Below are positions 25,709-34,809 of a stretch of DNA of 39,289 nucleotides, in pieces. Each line of letters begins with the position of its first letter. The first letter of the stretch is position 1. Source of the stretch: a virus (Duplodnaviria; Caudoviricetes); the IMG/VR virus record IMGVR_UViG_3300033067_001593, positions 1 to 39,289 of that record; one strand, 5' to 3'. A program made the position numbers and the translations under genes. Below the pieces are notes generated by a model. It was not told where the DNA came from, did no database searches, and saw nothing but the letters and a program-made list of their open reading frames with translations.

Positions 25709-27145
25709 TTAGTTCCTGCCGTTAAAAAACATGTTCAAAATCACGCCGCCGAAGGTCGAGGCAGCGAACCGCGAGCGGATATAGCGATAATTCACCGTCC
25801 CGAAGTCATGCCAAGTCGTCGAAGACACCGACGCCGATGTGATCGTGAAGGACGAACCGACCTGCACCCAAGTGGACGAGTCGTTGGAGACCTCGAACCT
25901 GATCCCGGCGGTTCCCGTGAAGGCGCAGGGCGTCAGCGTGAAGCTGCCCGACCCCGTGATCGAGGTGATCGGGATGGCGAGGCCTGCCGCCGCCCCCGTG
26001 GAGGTGAAGGACAGCTGGAACTGGCCGGATCTGGGGCTGGCCGGGGTCGCGGTCGCCACATTCGTGACGAAATAAGTGGTTCCCGCCGACAAGGGAGACG
26101 GCGCAGTCCCGGCTCCGACCGTCAAGAGCACCGCGAGTCCGCGGGTGAAGGTGTTGCTCTTGGTGATGATCGAGGTCGTCGTGCTGATGTCCGCGGTCGC
26201 CGTCCCGAAGAAGTAGCCGAGGGCCGATCCGTTCGAGTAGGTCGCAGAGGCAGTGGCGACGCCAAGCGCAGCATTGGTCGAGGTGAAGATGTTGGGAGGA
26301 ACCACGCCAGCAGCGGAGGCGGTCGCGTAAACGATACCGTTGGCGGCCCAAGTAGAAGTCAGGACGCCGGACAGCTGGGCGCGCAGACCGATGGCCGTGG
26401 CGATGTTCTTGGCCGTGGTGCTGCTCGTTCCGTCCGTCGAGGTGTTCCAGTCAATCCCGTTCGTGAAAGTGTAGGGCCCAATCTTGAAGAAGGCGGCGTC
26501 CCGACCTCCCGCAAAGTTCGCGGACAGGGAAGTGGGCGCAGACTGGATCTGCCACGCCACGGTCGAAACTGCGACACGCATGGCGTTCCCACCCGTCCCC
26601 GGCGTGATGGCCGTCAGGGTCATGGTGGACTGCGATGTGGTCGCCACGATGCCGAGCGTGTTGCTGCTGGCATTGATGGCGGTGGCAGCGTTCACCACAT
26701 TCTGCGTGCTGAACGCCGTGTAAGTCCAATCGAAGTTCGCCCGGAAAGTGAGGGTGGCGTAGTTCACGCCGTAAAGCGCGATCCACGAGGTGTTCACATT
26801 GGAGGAGACGGAGACCAGTTTGAGCACGACCGAGGCCGCGGCGGTGGAGAGCGCGGTGTTGGACGAAACGGTCAGCGACGCGGTTGATTTCACCGAGTCC
26901 GTGAAGGTCACGGCGGTGACATTGGCCGTGGCGTAGTTGGTCTGGAAGTTCGCGCGGTTCACCTTGAGCGCGTCCAGATCAATCACCACATCGTTGGAAA
27001 GGGCCGCGGCGGTTTCGGTGAAAACCTGATAGAAAACGGAGTCCACCCGGTCGTAACCGTTCGTGATCGTGTCCGCGCGCACAGATCCGGCGAGTGCGCC
27101 GAGACCGAGCACCGTGCAAAGGGCAATTTTGAGCAATTTATTCAT
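25709..27145 (-). CDS. Ser/Thr/Ala-rich beta protein with signal peptide (virion appendage or surface protein)
   Basis: MNKLLKIALCTVLGLGALAGSVRA-DT; PSPLSAGTTYFV..FQLS phage structural-type motif; lies between portal and scaffold. Confidence 0.75.
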   Translation of the reverse strand: MNKLLKIALCTVLGLGALAGSVRADTITNGYDRVDSVFYQVFTETAAALSNDVVIDLDALKVNRANFQTNYATANVTAVTFTDSVKSTASLTVSSNTALSTAAASVVLKLVSVSSNVNTSWIALYGVNYATLTFRANFDWTYTAFSTQNVVNAATAINASSNTLGIVATTSQSTMTLTAITPGTGGNAMRVAVSTVAWQIQSAPTSLSANFAGGRDAAFFKIGPYTFTNGIDWNTSTDGTSSTTAKNIATAIGLRAQLSGVLTSTWAANGIVYATASAAGVVPPNIFTSTNAALGVATASATYSNGSALGYFFGTATADISTTTSIITKSNTFTRGLAVLLTVGAGTAPSPLSAGTTYFVTNVATATPASPRSGQFQLSFTSTGAAAGLAIPITSITGSGSFTLTPCAFTGTAGIRFEVSNDSSTWVQVGSSFTITSASVSSTTWHDFGTVNYRYIRSRFAASTFGGVILNMFFNGRN

Positions 27146-27149
27146 GGCG

Positions 27150-29156
27150 TTATCCTCCTGTCGGAACTTGCGCGGGTTTTGGCATCCGCGGCAGCTGCAC
27201 CGTGGCGGCTTTTGCCATGGCGGGCGGCGCGGCGACCATTGTTTTGGCCGCAGAAGGAGGTTTTCCGTCTTGCCCGGGCTGGGCCGCAGGTTCCTGCGGC
27301 GGTGCCATCGGGGGCGGGCCTTCCTGCTTGAGCATCAAAGAGAGTTGTGGCGGGCACTCCATCCATAAATTGATGTGCTCCTGAATGTGATCCATCGCAA
27401 GATTGGCGATGTCCGGGTTGGCGCGCGCTTCCGGGCTCCCGAGAACGGCCTTGTGCTCCAAAACATGCAGCGAGTGGTCGTCGGTGATGAGCGCGGGCAC
27501 CTGCTTGCCTTCCGACAACGACTCGTTTTCCGAGCGGATGAGCATCAGTTCGGCCTGCTGGCCCTCGATCAGCGGTTCCAGCTTGCCCGTGCTCATGACT
27601 TGGATATATTGCTGCGGATCTTTAATGAGACCCTGCTGCAAAAGCTGGTCGGCGATGTTCACGCGGCCCGCCGTGGTGCGCGCGACGGGGTTCCCGAGAT
27701 CAACCGTCACGCGGTCAATGTTCGAGAGGTCGGCTTTGCTGAACTCGTCCAGATACCGCTTGTTATTCTTCCCCACAATCTCGATCATGCGCGGCGTGGT
27801 GGCGACTTCCTTCAAAATGTTGATGAGACCCGTGCCGAGATCTTCGAGCAGCCGCGCGTAGGAACGCTGCAATCCAGAGTTGAACTGAATCGCCATGCTC
27901 TGCACGAGGGCCAAGGCCGAGCCGGACTTCAAGCTGGCCTCCGGGTTCCCGCGCGCCACGCTGTTGATCCCCGAGATCGTCTGCATCATGTCGCGGATCA
28001 TCTGGACGAAATCGAAAATTTCCTTGGGCGTGTTCAGCAGGTTCAACGCCTCGGGCTTCCCAAGCTTGGAGTCATAGGTCAACAGGTTCAGTCCGTCCGT
28101 CAACTCGGTCAGAGAAATGTTCGAGCCGTCCGGCATGGTGATGTTCTGCACGCCGAAAGTGGACTGGTTCGTGATGATGACCGAGATCAGGCCGTTCAGG
28201 GCTTCCTGCAACGGCAAGAGATCGTAGGCCACGGAATAACCGAACCCGGAACCGCGCTGCCTGCTCGCGCATAACCTATACACCGGGATGCGCTTGTAGA
28301 ATTTCGGCAGCTGGCTGTCAATCATGTAGGTGTCCTCACCGATGAAGGTGAAGAACCGACCGTTCGGCACCGCGTCCGTGCGGCCATGGATGAAAATAAA
28401 AACGGGGATATTGTCCGTGTCCTCGTGGAATCCGACGGAGAGGCGCGAGTAGCGGTTCTTCTCCGTGGTCTGCGCGAAAGCGAGGATCTTGTCGCGCAAC
28501 TCGGGGAACTTCTCGATCAAGTCCCATTTATTTTGATAGTCGCGCAAAATATACCACTGGTTTTCCGCGTCCATCATTCCGGCCATGAAGTCAAAGATCA
28601 CATCAATCGGCATGAAATTCTTGTGCAGGACATCGCCCTGCTTTTTCATCCGGCCCGGGCGCATCGGGTCGGCCATGTAGGGATCGCCGAGCGAGAAGTC
28701 CCAGCCCTGATAGATGTAGGAGTCCGCGAATTGCAGGACATCCTCCACCGCCGCCTTGCCGCAGTCTCCGAGGCCGCCGTAGCTGTTGTAGTGTTCCAGC
28801 ACGGAGTTTCCGACGATGGCCTGCGACTGCGACTTGAAATCGGTGTTCGTGCTGCGCGCGTCGAAACTCGGCTTCTGCTCGGTCGTCATGTTCAGGATGT
28901 GGAGCAGCAGATTGCGAAAATCGTTCGCATACATTTCCGTGAACTCGCCCTGATCGCCCACGCGGAGCAGCCGCCCGTCCTTATAAATGCCGAGGTTGTA
29001 GTTGGCGTAGGAGTTCTGCCAGAGCGACAACCGCCCGCTTCCTCGGATGTGGTTGTCGAAGTTCACCACGCGCTCCAAGCAGGCGCGGATCAGGTCGTTC
29101 GGCTTCAAGTTGCCGAAGTATTGATCCTTTGGGTAGTTGCTTTCCTGCGTCGGCAT
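27150..29156 (-). CDS. Portal protein
   Basis: 668 aa, downstream of TerL; MQTISGINSVARG..SLKSGSAL; Pro-rich tail. Confidence 0.88.
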   Translation of the reverse strand: MPTQESNYPKDQYFGNLKPNDLIRACLERVVNFDNHIRGSGRLSLWQNSYANYNLGIYKDGRLLRVGDQGEFTEMYANDFRNLLLHILNMTTEQKPSFDARSTNTDFKSQSQAIVGNSVLEHYNSYGGLGDCGKAAVEDVLQFADSYIYQGWDFSLGDPYMADPMRPGRMKKQGDVLHKNFMPIDVIFDFMAGMMDAENQWYILRDYQNKWDLIEKFPELRDKILAFAQTTEKNRYSRLSVGFHEDTDNIPVFIFIHGRTDAVPNGRFFTFIGEDTYMIDSQLPKFYKRIPVYRLCASRQRGSGFGYSVAYDLLPLQEALNGLISVIITNQSTFGVQNITMPDGSNISLTELTDGLNLLTYDSKLGKPEALNLLNTPKEIFDFVQMIRDMMQTISGINSVARGNPEASLKSGSALALVQSMAIQFNSGLQRSYARLLEDLGTGLINILKEVATTPRMIEIVGKNNKRYLDEFSKADLSNIDRVTVDLGNPVARTTAGRVNIADQLLQQGLIKDPQQYIQVMSTGKLEPLIEGQQAELMLIRSENESLSEGKQVPALITDDHSLHVLEHKAVLGSPEARANPDIANLAMDHIQEHINLWMECPPQLSLMLKQEGPPPMAPPQEPAAQPGQDGKPPSAAKTMVAAPPAMAKAATVQLPRMPKPAQVPTGG

Positions 29157-29165
29157 GTTCTCCTT

Positions 29166-29540
29166 TTACACCAGCGAAACCATTTCGTAGGCCACGATGT
29201 CGGCCACGATCTTGCAGAAGGTCTCCTTCGAGTATTCCCCATCGTGCAGATCGCTGCCGCGCTGCCAGTCCTCTGTGGGCCGCAGGCGCATCCGCACGGC
29301 GGTCAGTCCGAGATAGGAGGGCCGATCCTTCTTGACGGCGACATTGAGGCGGTAGCCGTATTCGGTCGTGTAGAACTCGATCCGGGCCCGCGTCTCCTGC
29401 TCGGTCTTCTCCAAGTTCACCACGCGCACGGCGGCGTTGACGCCGCGCCGCTGGCAGATCGGTTTCATCCATTCCAGAAGATCGGGAAACTCGGCCAGCA
29501 GGATCTCCTCGGAAGTTTTGGGAGGGGTCGCCTCGGACAT
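29166..29540 (-). CDS. Hypothetical protein
   Basis: AAGGAG RBS; lies between TerL and portal. Confidence 0.7.
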   Translation of the reverse strand: MSEATPPKTSEEILLAEFPDLLEWMKPICQRRGVNAAVRVVNLEKTEQETRARIEFYTTEYGYRLNVAVKKDRPSYLGLTAVRMRLRPTEDWQRGSDLHDGEYSKETFCKIVADIVAYEMVSLV

Positions 29541-29543
29541 GGT

Positions 29544-29702
29544 TCAGGTCTCCTTTACGAAAATGTAGCGGATCTTGCCGCCTTCGAGCGGGATGGCCTG
29601 CGCGAGTTCGTAGCCGAGTTTCCCCTCGCCGTCGAGAAACGCCTCGGCCTGCTCCGCGGTTTCCGCTGGTCTGTCCACGACAAAGTGATCGTTGAATCTC
29701 AT
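29544..29702 (-). CDS. Small hypothetical protein (52 aa, MRFNDHFVV...)
   Basis: Translated by hand. ATGA overlap with the TerL stop; LDGEGKLGYELAQ motif. Confidence 0.6.
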   Translation of the reverse strand: MRFNDHFVVDRPAETAEQAEAFLDGEGKLGYELAQAIPLEGGKIRYIFVKET

Positions 29703-31177
29703 TTTTTAACCCCCAAGGCCCTGCGTAATGTTGCCGCGTTCTGGCTCAAATTCGATTGCGGCCTGATAAACTGCGTGTCCGCGTTCAGTCCGAAAGTTCC
29801 CGGGATCGGGTTCGTCACCGTGTCCACATATCGCAGCAGATACATCAGCGCGGCGAGTGCGTCAAAGTGGCCGTAAACATGCGACTCCTCCCAATCCTTG
29901 CGCTTGTCGTTCCAGACTCCATATTTCAGCGCGCCCGTCAGCTGCTCGCAACGCGGAGAGACCCGCAACTTCTTCTGCCCGACCCAGAGGCGAATGTTGT
30001 TGACCATCGCTTCCAGTGTGTCCTTGGTCGTCGGCGCGAACTGGATGCCGTGCTCGTGTCCAAGGTCTTGCAGTAAAATCAAATTGTTGTTGTCCGCGAT
30101 CCGCAGGTGCGGCTTGGCGTTGGCTCCCCAGATCTTCGGCTCGCCCCACAGCTGCGCCTCCTTCGCCCGGATCTGCTCGGCCAGCTTCTTGGTCGTCATG
30201 TCCGGCCCCGAGATCACCGTCTCGTCCTGCACGAATAGCGTGGCCTTCCTGAAATCGTAAACGCCGTAGAGGTTCACCGTCAGGTGCCGCACGCCGATGT
30301 CCATCCCTTCGTATTTCAGGTAGAACCGGGCGAACTCGTCGGGCACATACTCCTCGACCATGGCGTCCACCCACTCCGGCACGATGGAGAAGTTCTTGTC
30401 CACGATGAACTGGCACATGTATTCGCGCAGCCATGTGGTCGAGTCCGGGCCGCCTGCTTCCTTGCAAAACTTCTCGATGACATCCGGCGGGTATTCCCCT
30501 TGATGGATGTCGAACTCCGCGTAAGTCTGGGCCAGCTTCGCTTCGAGCACATAGGAAAGGCACTCGTGCACGGGCGTCTTGGGCGGCGTCAGAAGCATGA
30601 ACAGCGGGCCGCCGGAGGTGATGAGCTGCGGCATGAGCACATCTTCGACGAGGTAGCGGAGATTTTTAATCAGCTGCGCCTCGTCAATTACGCACATGTC
30701 GGCGGCGGTGCCGCGGCTGTCGTCCTCGTGGCCGTTGTTGGCTCCTGCAAGGTGCAACTCCGCGCCAGTGCTCGGGAAGTAGAACATCGAGTCCTGTGAC
30801 TTCCAGATCGGTTTGAGGTCTTCGGGGCAGTCCTCGCAGATCATCCGCATGAGTGGCCGGATGATTTTGCGGAGCATCTTGCCCGTGGGAGCCACGAACC
30901 GCACCTGCGCGCCCTGCTTCTTCAAGCAGAGTTCGGTGGCGACGATCAAGGCAGTGGTGCTCTTTCGCAAGCGGCGCGAGCAGTTGAGCACCTTTTTCAA
31001 AGAACTATTTTCGCCAGCTTCTCGGAGGGTGTGCGCCATCTTCTTCTGCACATCCCACATCTTGTACGACAAATCAGCGGCGCGCCAGTGTTCCTCCGTG
31101 TCCTGCGCCTTGGGCTTCTGCGTCCTCAACTCCTGCGCGGCCTGCGCGAACGCCAACGCCAGCGGGTTGACCGTCAC
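29699..31177 (-). CDS. terL: Terminase large subunit
   Basis: CSRRLRKST (variant Walker A), VIDEAQ Walker B, LTPP, REYMCQF, GMDIG and HFDALAAL nuclease motifs. Confidence 0.92.
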   Translation of the reverse strand: MTVNPLALAFAQAAQELRTQKPKAQDTEEHWRAADLSYKMWDVQKKMAHTLREAGENSSLKKVLNCSRRLRKSTTALIVATELCLKKQGAQVRFVAPTGKMLRKIIRPLMRMICEDCPEDLKPIWKSQDSMFYFPSTGAELHLAGANNGHEDDSRGTAADMCVIDEAQLIKNLRYLVEDVLMPQLITSGGPLFMLLTPPKTPVHECLSYVLEAKLAQTYAEFDIHQGEYPPDVIEKFCKEAGGPDSTTWLREYMCQFIVDKNFSIVPEWVDAMVEEYVPDEFARFYLKYEGMDIGVRHLTVNLYGVYDFRKATLFVQDETVISGPDMTTKKLAEQIRAKEAQLWGEPKIWGANAKPHLRIADNNNLILLQDLGHEHGIQFAPTTKDTLEAMVNNIRLWVGQKKLRVSPRCEQLTGALKYGVWNDKRKDWEESHVYGHFDALAALMYLLRYVDTVTNPIPGTFGLNADTQFIRPQSNLSQNAATLRRALGVKK

Positions 31178-31181
31178 GGCG

Positions 31182-31532
31182 TCAAACCTTGTCGGCTGGT
31201 TCCTCGCTCGCTGCCTTGGGCTTGGTCGCGCTCCTCACGGCCAGCATGATGGCGTGCGCCGAGACCTTGGACTTCATGATCTCGAACTCCTGCCGGAGCG
31301 TGCCGACCGTTTGCAGGTTGGCGGCTTGCTCGGGAGTCAGGGCGGGCGCATGGCCCTCCGGCTTCTTGGGGATGAGAGCGAAGAAGTCGGCGCGGCAGAT
31401 CAGCAGGAAGACGAGGACGAGGCAGGCCATCACGGGCAGAGTGAATCCGCGCATGAATCCCGCGACCAGCAGGCAGATCAGCGAGGCAACCAGCAGGGCG
31501 TCACGCTCTTGAGTGGTCATCGTCCTCCACAT
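31182..31532 (-). CDS. Membrane protein
   Basis: Two hydrophobic segments; exact start uncertain. Confidence 0.65.
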   Translation of the reverse strand: MWRTMTTQERDALLVASLICLLVAGFMRGFTLPVMACLVLVFLLICRADFFALIPKKPEGHAPALTPEQAANLQTVGTLRQEFEIMKSKVSAHAIMLAVRSATKPKAASEEPADKV

Positions 31533-31824
31533 ATTCCAGAAGGTGTCCCATGCACACGCCGATGAAGTTGGGCGGCTCGGCGTCGTGCTGGATGACTTTA
31601 CCGTCCCTGATTGAGAGGCGAACCAGCTGCCACTCGTTGCCGTTCACGCGGATGAGTCCGTAGGCGCGGAAGGATTTGGGAATCGGCGGCACCAGCTTGG
31701 CCGGATCGGGCGGCGTCGCTGGCTGCTGCGCTGCGTTCGGTGCGTCCGTCACGGGCTCGTGAACGGGCGGCGCGTCTGGGTCGTGCGGCGGTGTGAACGG
31801 TGGCGCGTGCTCTACTTTTGCCAT
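31501..31824 (-). CDS. Hypothetical protein (MAKVEHAPP...)
   Basis: AAGGAGG RBS before ATG 31824. Confidence 0.7.
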   Translation of the reverse strand: MAKVEHAPPFTPPHDPDAPPVHEPVTDAPNAAQQPATPPDPAKLVPPIPKSFRAYGLIRVNGNEWQLVRLSIRDGKVIQHDAEPPNFIGVCMGHLLEYVEDDDHSRA

Positions 31825-31909
31825 GGTCTTGCCTCCTTGGGTAGTGCGGGAGCGTGCGGGCGTTGCGGTGCCGGACGCTGGCACATCAGGAAAATAGTTT
31901 CGGCGGCGT

Positions 31910-32476
31910 TCATGTCGGCACCTCGATCTTCCGGCTCAACTCCTCAAGCTGTTTGATGATCGGCTCGCGCAGAGCCAGCAAGCCCTTGCAGTGCGGGCAC
32001 TTGTCGGGAAGCGTTGAGTTGAGGATCGGCGTCAGTTTCCCCATGAACTCGAAAACGAATTTTAATTCCAAAATTTCCTGACGGTCGCGCCATCCGAGAA
32101 TATTTTTCGCCGTGAAGATTGCGAACGGTTGCTCGAAATTCCCTCGGAGAGCGTTTGAGGTCAGGAAGTTTTCCTGCAACTGCTGGGCCTTTTTATAGGC
32201 CTCGGAAAACTCGGGGTGAACGCGGCACCATTCGGTCAGCGTCTCGCGGTGAACTCCGATTTTGTGGGCGAACATTCCAAACATCGGCAGGTCGTTGGGG
32301 CGATCCACCAGCTGCACGGTTTCGGTTGTCTTGCCTTTTGCGGTGGTATTTTTGACTGGAACTTGGACGGTCTCGAACGGTTTGACGGAGAAGAACGCGA
32401 TTATTTCGTCGCAATAGGAAGGATGATATTTTGAGGGGCGACCGCCTGCGTGTTTTTGCGGCTCCACAGTTTCCAT
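31910..32476 (-). CDS. terS: Terminase small subunit
   Basis: GGRPSKY, FAHKIGVHRETLTEW..HPEFSEAYKKA, AIFTAKNILGWRD. Confidence 0.88.
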   Translation of the reverse strand: METVEPQKHAGGRPSKYHPSYCDEIIAFFSVKPFETVQVPVKNTTAKGKTTETVQLVDRPNDLPMFGMFAHKIGVHRETLTEWCRVHPEFSEAYKKAQQLQENFLTSNALRGNFEQPFAIFTAKNILGWRDRQEILELKFVFEFMGKLTPILNSTLPDKCPHCKGLLALREPIIKQLEELSRKIEVPT

Positions 32477-32482
32477 GCGCTC

Positions 32483-32511
32483 ATTATAAAACGAGTTCCA
32501 GATTTTGTCAA
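32483..32511 (-). promoter_or_regulatory. Consensus sigma70 promoter of the packaging/structural operon
   Basis: TTGACA, 17 nt spacer, TATAAT; the terS ATG follows 6 nt later. Confidence 0.85.
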
Positions 32512-32611
32512 TGGTATATGTAAAGTTTTTTTGAAGAAAATGTTTTGGATTTATGACATGGCGGCGGTGTCCCTGTTCCGGGCGTGTGTGTTTTTTATGT
32601 GACGGCTTGAA

Positions 32612-32836
32612 TCAGGAAAGCCGGGTGACTATTAAGGTGGAAGCGTTCCAGATCCGCGTCGTGATTTTCCAACCGCGTCTTTTAGCGTAGCGGTAGGCCA
32701 GTTGTTGCGCGGTCAGTGGTTGCGGAATCCCGGTAAAATAAACGGTCTCTCCGGGCTCTTTTATCTCATCCCAATGATAGCGGAAGACCTGCGCGGTTTT
32801 CGGATTGACTTCAACTCTGATTTCGGTGTGTGCCAT
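32612..32836 (-). CDS. Small putative DNA-binding protein (MAHTEIRV...)
   Basis: 74-aa ORF with basic C-terminus; has its own promoter. Confidence 0.6.
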   Translation of the reverse strand: MAHTEIRVEVNPKTAQVFRYHWDEIKEPGETVYFTGIPQPLTAQQLAYRYAKRRGWKITTRIWNASTLIVTRLS

Positions 32837-32842
32837 GTCCAT

Positions 32843-32872
32843 ATTATAACATGACGGGGTGGAAATATTCAA
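32843..32872 (-). promoter_or_regulatory. Sigma70-type promoter
   Basis: TTGAAT, 18 nt spacer, TATAAT with extended -10 TG. Confidence 0.65.
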
Positions 32873-33018
32873 CGATGTGGTAAATAAAATATAACCTTCC
32901 CACCTTGTGCCATATAGTCCCCGCCAATCTTATACCTTACGGAACGGGCTGTTCCGCTCTCCTTATATAAGGTATTATATTGTCCAGAAGTTTATATAAA
33001 ATAGATATAAGGTGGTAT

Positions 33019-33113
33019 GAGGTGGAAACAGGCAGAGAAAGTCAAGGCATTTTTTTGCACACCTCGCATTTTCAGAGGTTGCCGGAGGTGGAAACAGCGG
33101 CGAGGTGGAAACA
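33019..33113 (+). repeat. Three exact 12-bp direct repeats GAGGTGGAAACA
   Basis: Copies at 33019-33030, 33085-33096 and 33102-33113, next to an AT-rich tract. Confidence 0.85.
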
Positions 33114-33209
33114 CTCGGAAAATCGGCGAGCGGCGGGCCCCGGCCAGCCCCGGGAAGTTGGCCAAAAAGATGACCACGAAACAGCCGAAAAGATTTTTCA
33201 TTTTACCCC

Positions 33210-33238
33210 TTGACATATATGCTGTTCCATGTTATACT
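33210..33238 (+). promoter_or_regulatory. Strong sigma70 early promoter
   Basis: TTGACA, 17 nt spacer, TATACT with extended -10 TG. Confidence 0.85.
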
Positions 33239-33300
33239 ATAAGCGAAGGATGAGAAACCGACCGGGCGGCGGCCCCGGAATCTAAAACGAGGTGATGACC

Positions 33301-33498
33301 ATGAGCATGAGCAAAAAGGACTTTGTGGCACTGGCCGACGCGCTGCGCGGCGTCAAGGTTTCGGATGAAGTGAAGGATGCGCTGGTCGGATTCTGCCGGA
33401 GCCAAAATCCCAACTTCATGGAAGGCCGCTGGCGCGAGTATCTGGCCGGGAACTGCGGGCCCAACGGCGGCGAGATCAAGAAGGCGGTGCGGTCGTGA
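33301..33498 (+). CDS. Small early phage protein
   Basis: MSKKDFVALADAL...NPNFMEGRW; GAGGTG RBS. Confidence 0.8.
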   Translation: MSMSKKDFVALADALRGVKVSDEVKDALVGFCRSQNPNFMEGRWREYLAGNCGPNGGEIKKAVRS

Positions 33499-34031
33499 AC
33501 AAAACGATCAGACTCGGAACGGTTGCGGTCGGACGGCGTGCGGCGTCGGTGTTCTGCCGGATAAAGATCGAGGACGGGAAGCTGTCCATCAGCGGCGTGG
33601 AGGGCCCGCTTCCCAGTGGGAACGCGCTCGGCAGCTGCGGCCAGATTGATATGCACCTCAAGGCGTCATCGTTCAAGACCTTCGCCCCGGGCTGGAACTT
33701 CTGGAAGGTTAAGAAGTTTCTGGACATCTGGGCCCGCTGGCACCTGAACGACATGCAGGCCGGATGCGAGCACCAGCGCGCCGCCAAGTGGGAGGATCGC
33801 CGGATTGACGCCAACGAGTTGCCCGCCAACCACATGGCCAACCGGGACGAACGCGGCGTCCTCGCCATCTGGGTGCGCCCGGACGAACACAAGGAAGGGC
33901 TGCTCTGCGCTCCCTGCGAGGTCTGCGGCTATAAATATGGCAGCATGTGGAGGAAGGAAGAACTGCCTGCGGATGTCGTCGGGTTCTTGCAGCACATCCC
34001 CGACACGGACAAGACCCCGGCGTGGGTCTAA
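33495..34031 (+). CDS. Hypothetical early protein with Zn ribbon
   Basis: WARWHLNDMQAGCEHQ and CEVCGYKYGSMW motifs. Confidence 0.82.
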   Translation: MNKTIRLGTVAVGRRAASVFCRIKIEDGKLSISGVEGPLPSGNALGSCGQIDMHLKASSFKTFAPGWNFWKVKKFLDIWARWHLNDMQAGCEHQRAAKWEDRRIDANELPANHMANRDERGVLAIWVRPDEHKEGLLCAPCEVCGYKYGSMWRKEELPADVVGFLQHIPDTDKTPAWV

Positions 34032-34043
34032 GGAGGCACGACC

Positions 34044-34247
34044 ATGGAAATCAAATTGACTCCCCGGGTGCGGTTCGTTCGTAACATCGGGGCGTATTGC
34101 GGAGAAGTGAGGGTCGAGGAGGGAGGGCGGTTCCTTTACTACATGGGCGGCACGCCTGCAAGACCGCACGCGGTGGACGCCTTAAAGGACGCCATCATCC
34201 TGCGGTCGGAACTCTTGGCCGAAAACGGTCTGGCGGTGCCGTCATGA
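34044..34247 (+). CDS. Hypothetical protein
   Basis: AAGGAGG RBS. Confidence 0.75.
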   Translation: MEIKLTPRVRFVRNIGAYCGEVRVEEGGRFLYYMGGTPARPHAVDALKDAIILRSELLAENGLAVPS

Positions 34248-34411
34248 CCGCCGCGGAACTCGGCAAGATGATCGGCCAAAAGCTGACGCACAGCTTCGGC
34301 GGCCTTGATGTTCGGGTCGAGGTCGTTGACGCCAAGGAGTCTTGGGGCCGTCGCCGCCTGCTGGTGAAGGTTGACGGGCAGGAGTTAAACGCCGTTTGGA
34401 TCGAGAAGTAA
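34244..34411 (+). CDS. Small hypothetical protein (MTAAELGKM...)
   Basis: ATGA overlap; VEVVDAKESWGRRRLLV. Confidence 0.7.
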   Translation: MTAAELGKMIGQKLTHSFGGLDVRVEVVDAKESWGRRRLLVKVDGQELNAVWIEK

Positions 34412-34452
34412 CCGGGCAGACCACACCGCCCACATCTAAAGGAGGTAATACC

Positions 34453-34809
34453 ATGGACGAACAGAAACAGACGCTCAACCACTTCGACACCCTGCTGGGG
34501 AAGCTGGACGGGCTGCCGGATGTCGTGAAGACCAAGGCCGCGGTGCAGCGCGTCATCCCGGTGTTCGGGATCGGAACGCACCTCTACACCGTGCAGACCT
34601 TCCGGCAGCGGGACGAGGGTGACACGGTGTTTTTGGAGCATGTGGACGCCAACGGCACCACCCGGCTGGTCATCCCTGCGGAGATCACCGAGATCATAGC
34701 CCGCCAGCGGCAGGCCTTGACGGATAAGTCGAGGAGCCGCGCCGCCAAGCAGACGGCAGCGGATCGGAAGGCCGCGGGCTTGAAGCCGGGCTTCATGAAG
34801 GGTAAGTAG
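34453..34809 (+). CDS. Hypothetical protein (MDEQKQ...)
   Basis: AAGGAGGT RBS before ATG 34453. Confidence 0.8.
   Translation: MDEQKQTLNHFDTLLGKLDGLPDVVKTKAAVQRVIPVFGIGTHLYTVQTFRQRDEGDTVFLEHVDANGTTRLVIPAEITEIIARQRQALTDKSRSRAAKQTAADRKAAGLKPGFMKGK

Noticed and set aside
33019-33113. Possible mini-CRISPR array
   Set aside because: Repeats are only 12 bp with spacers of 54 and 5 nt, and there are no cas genes.
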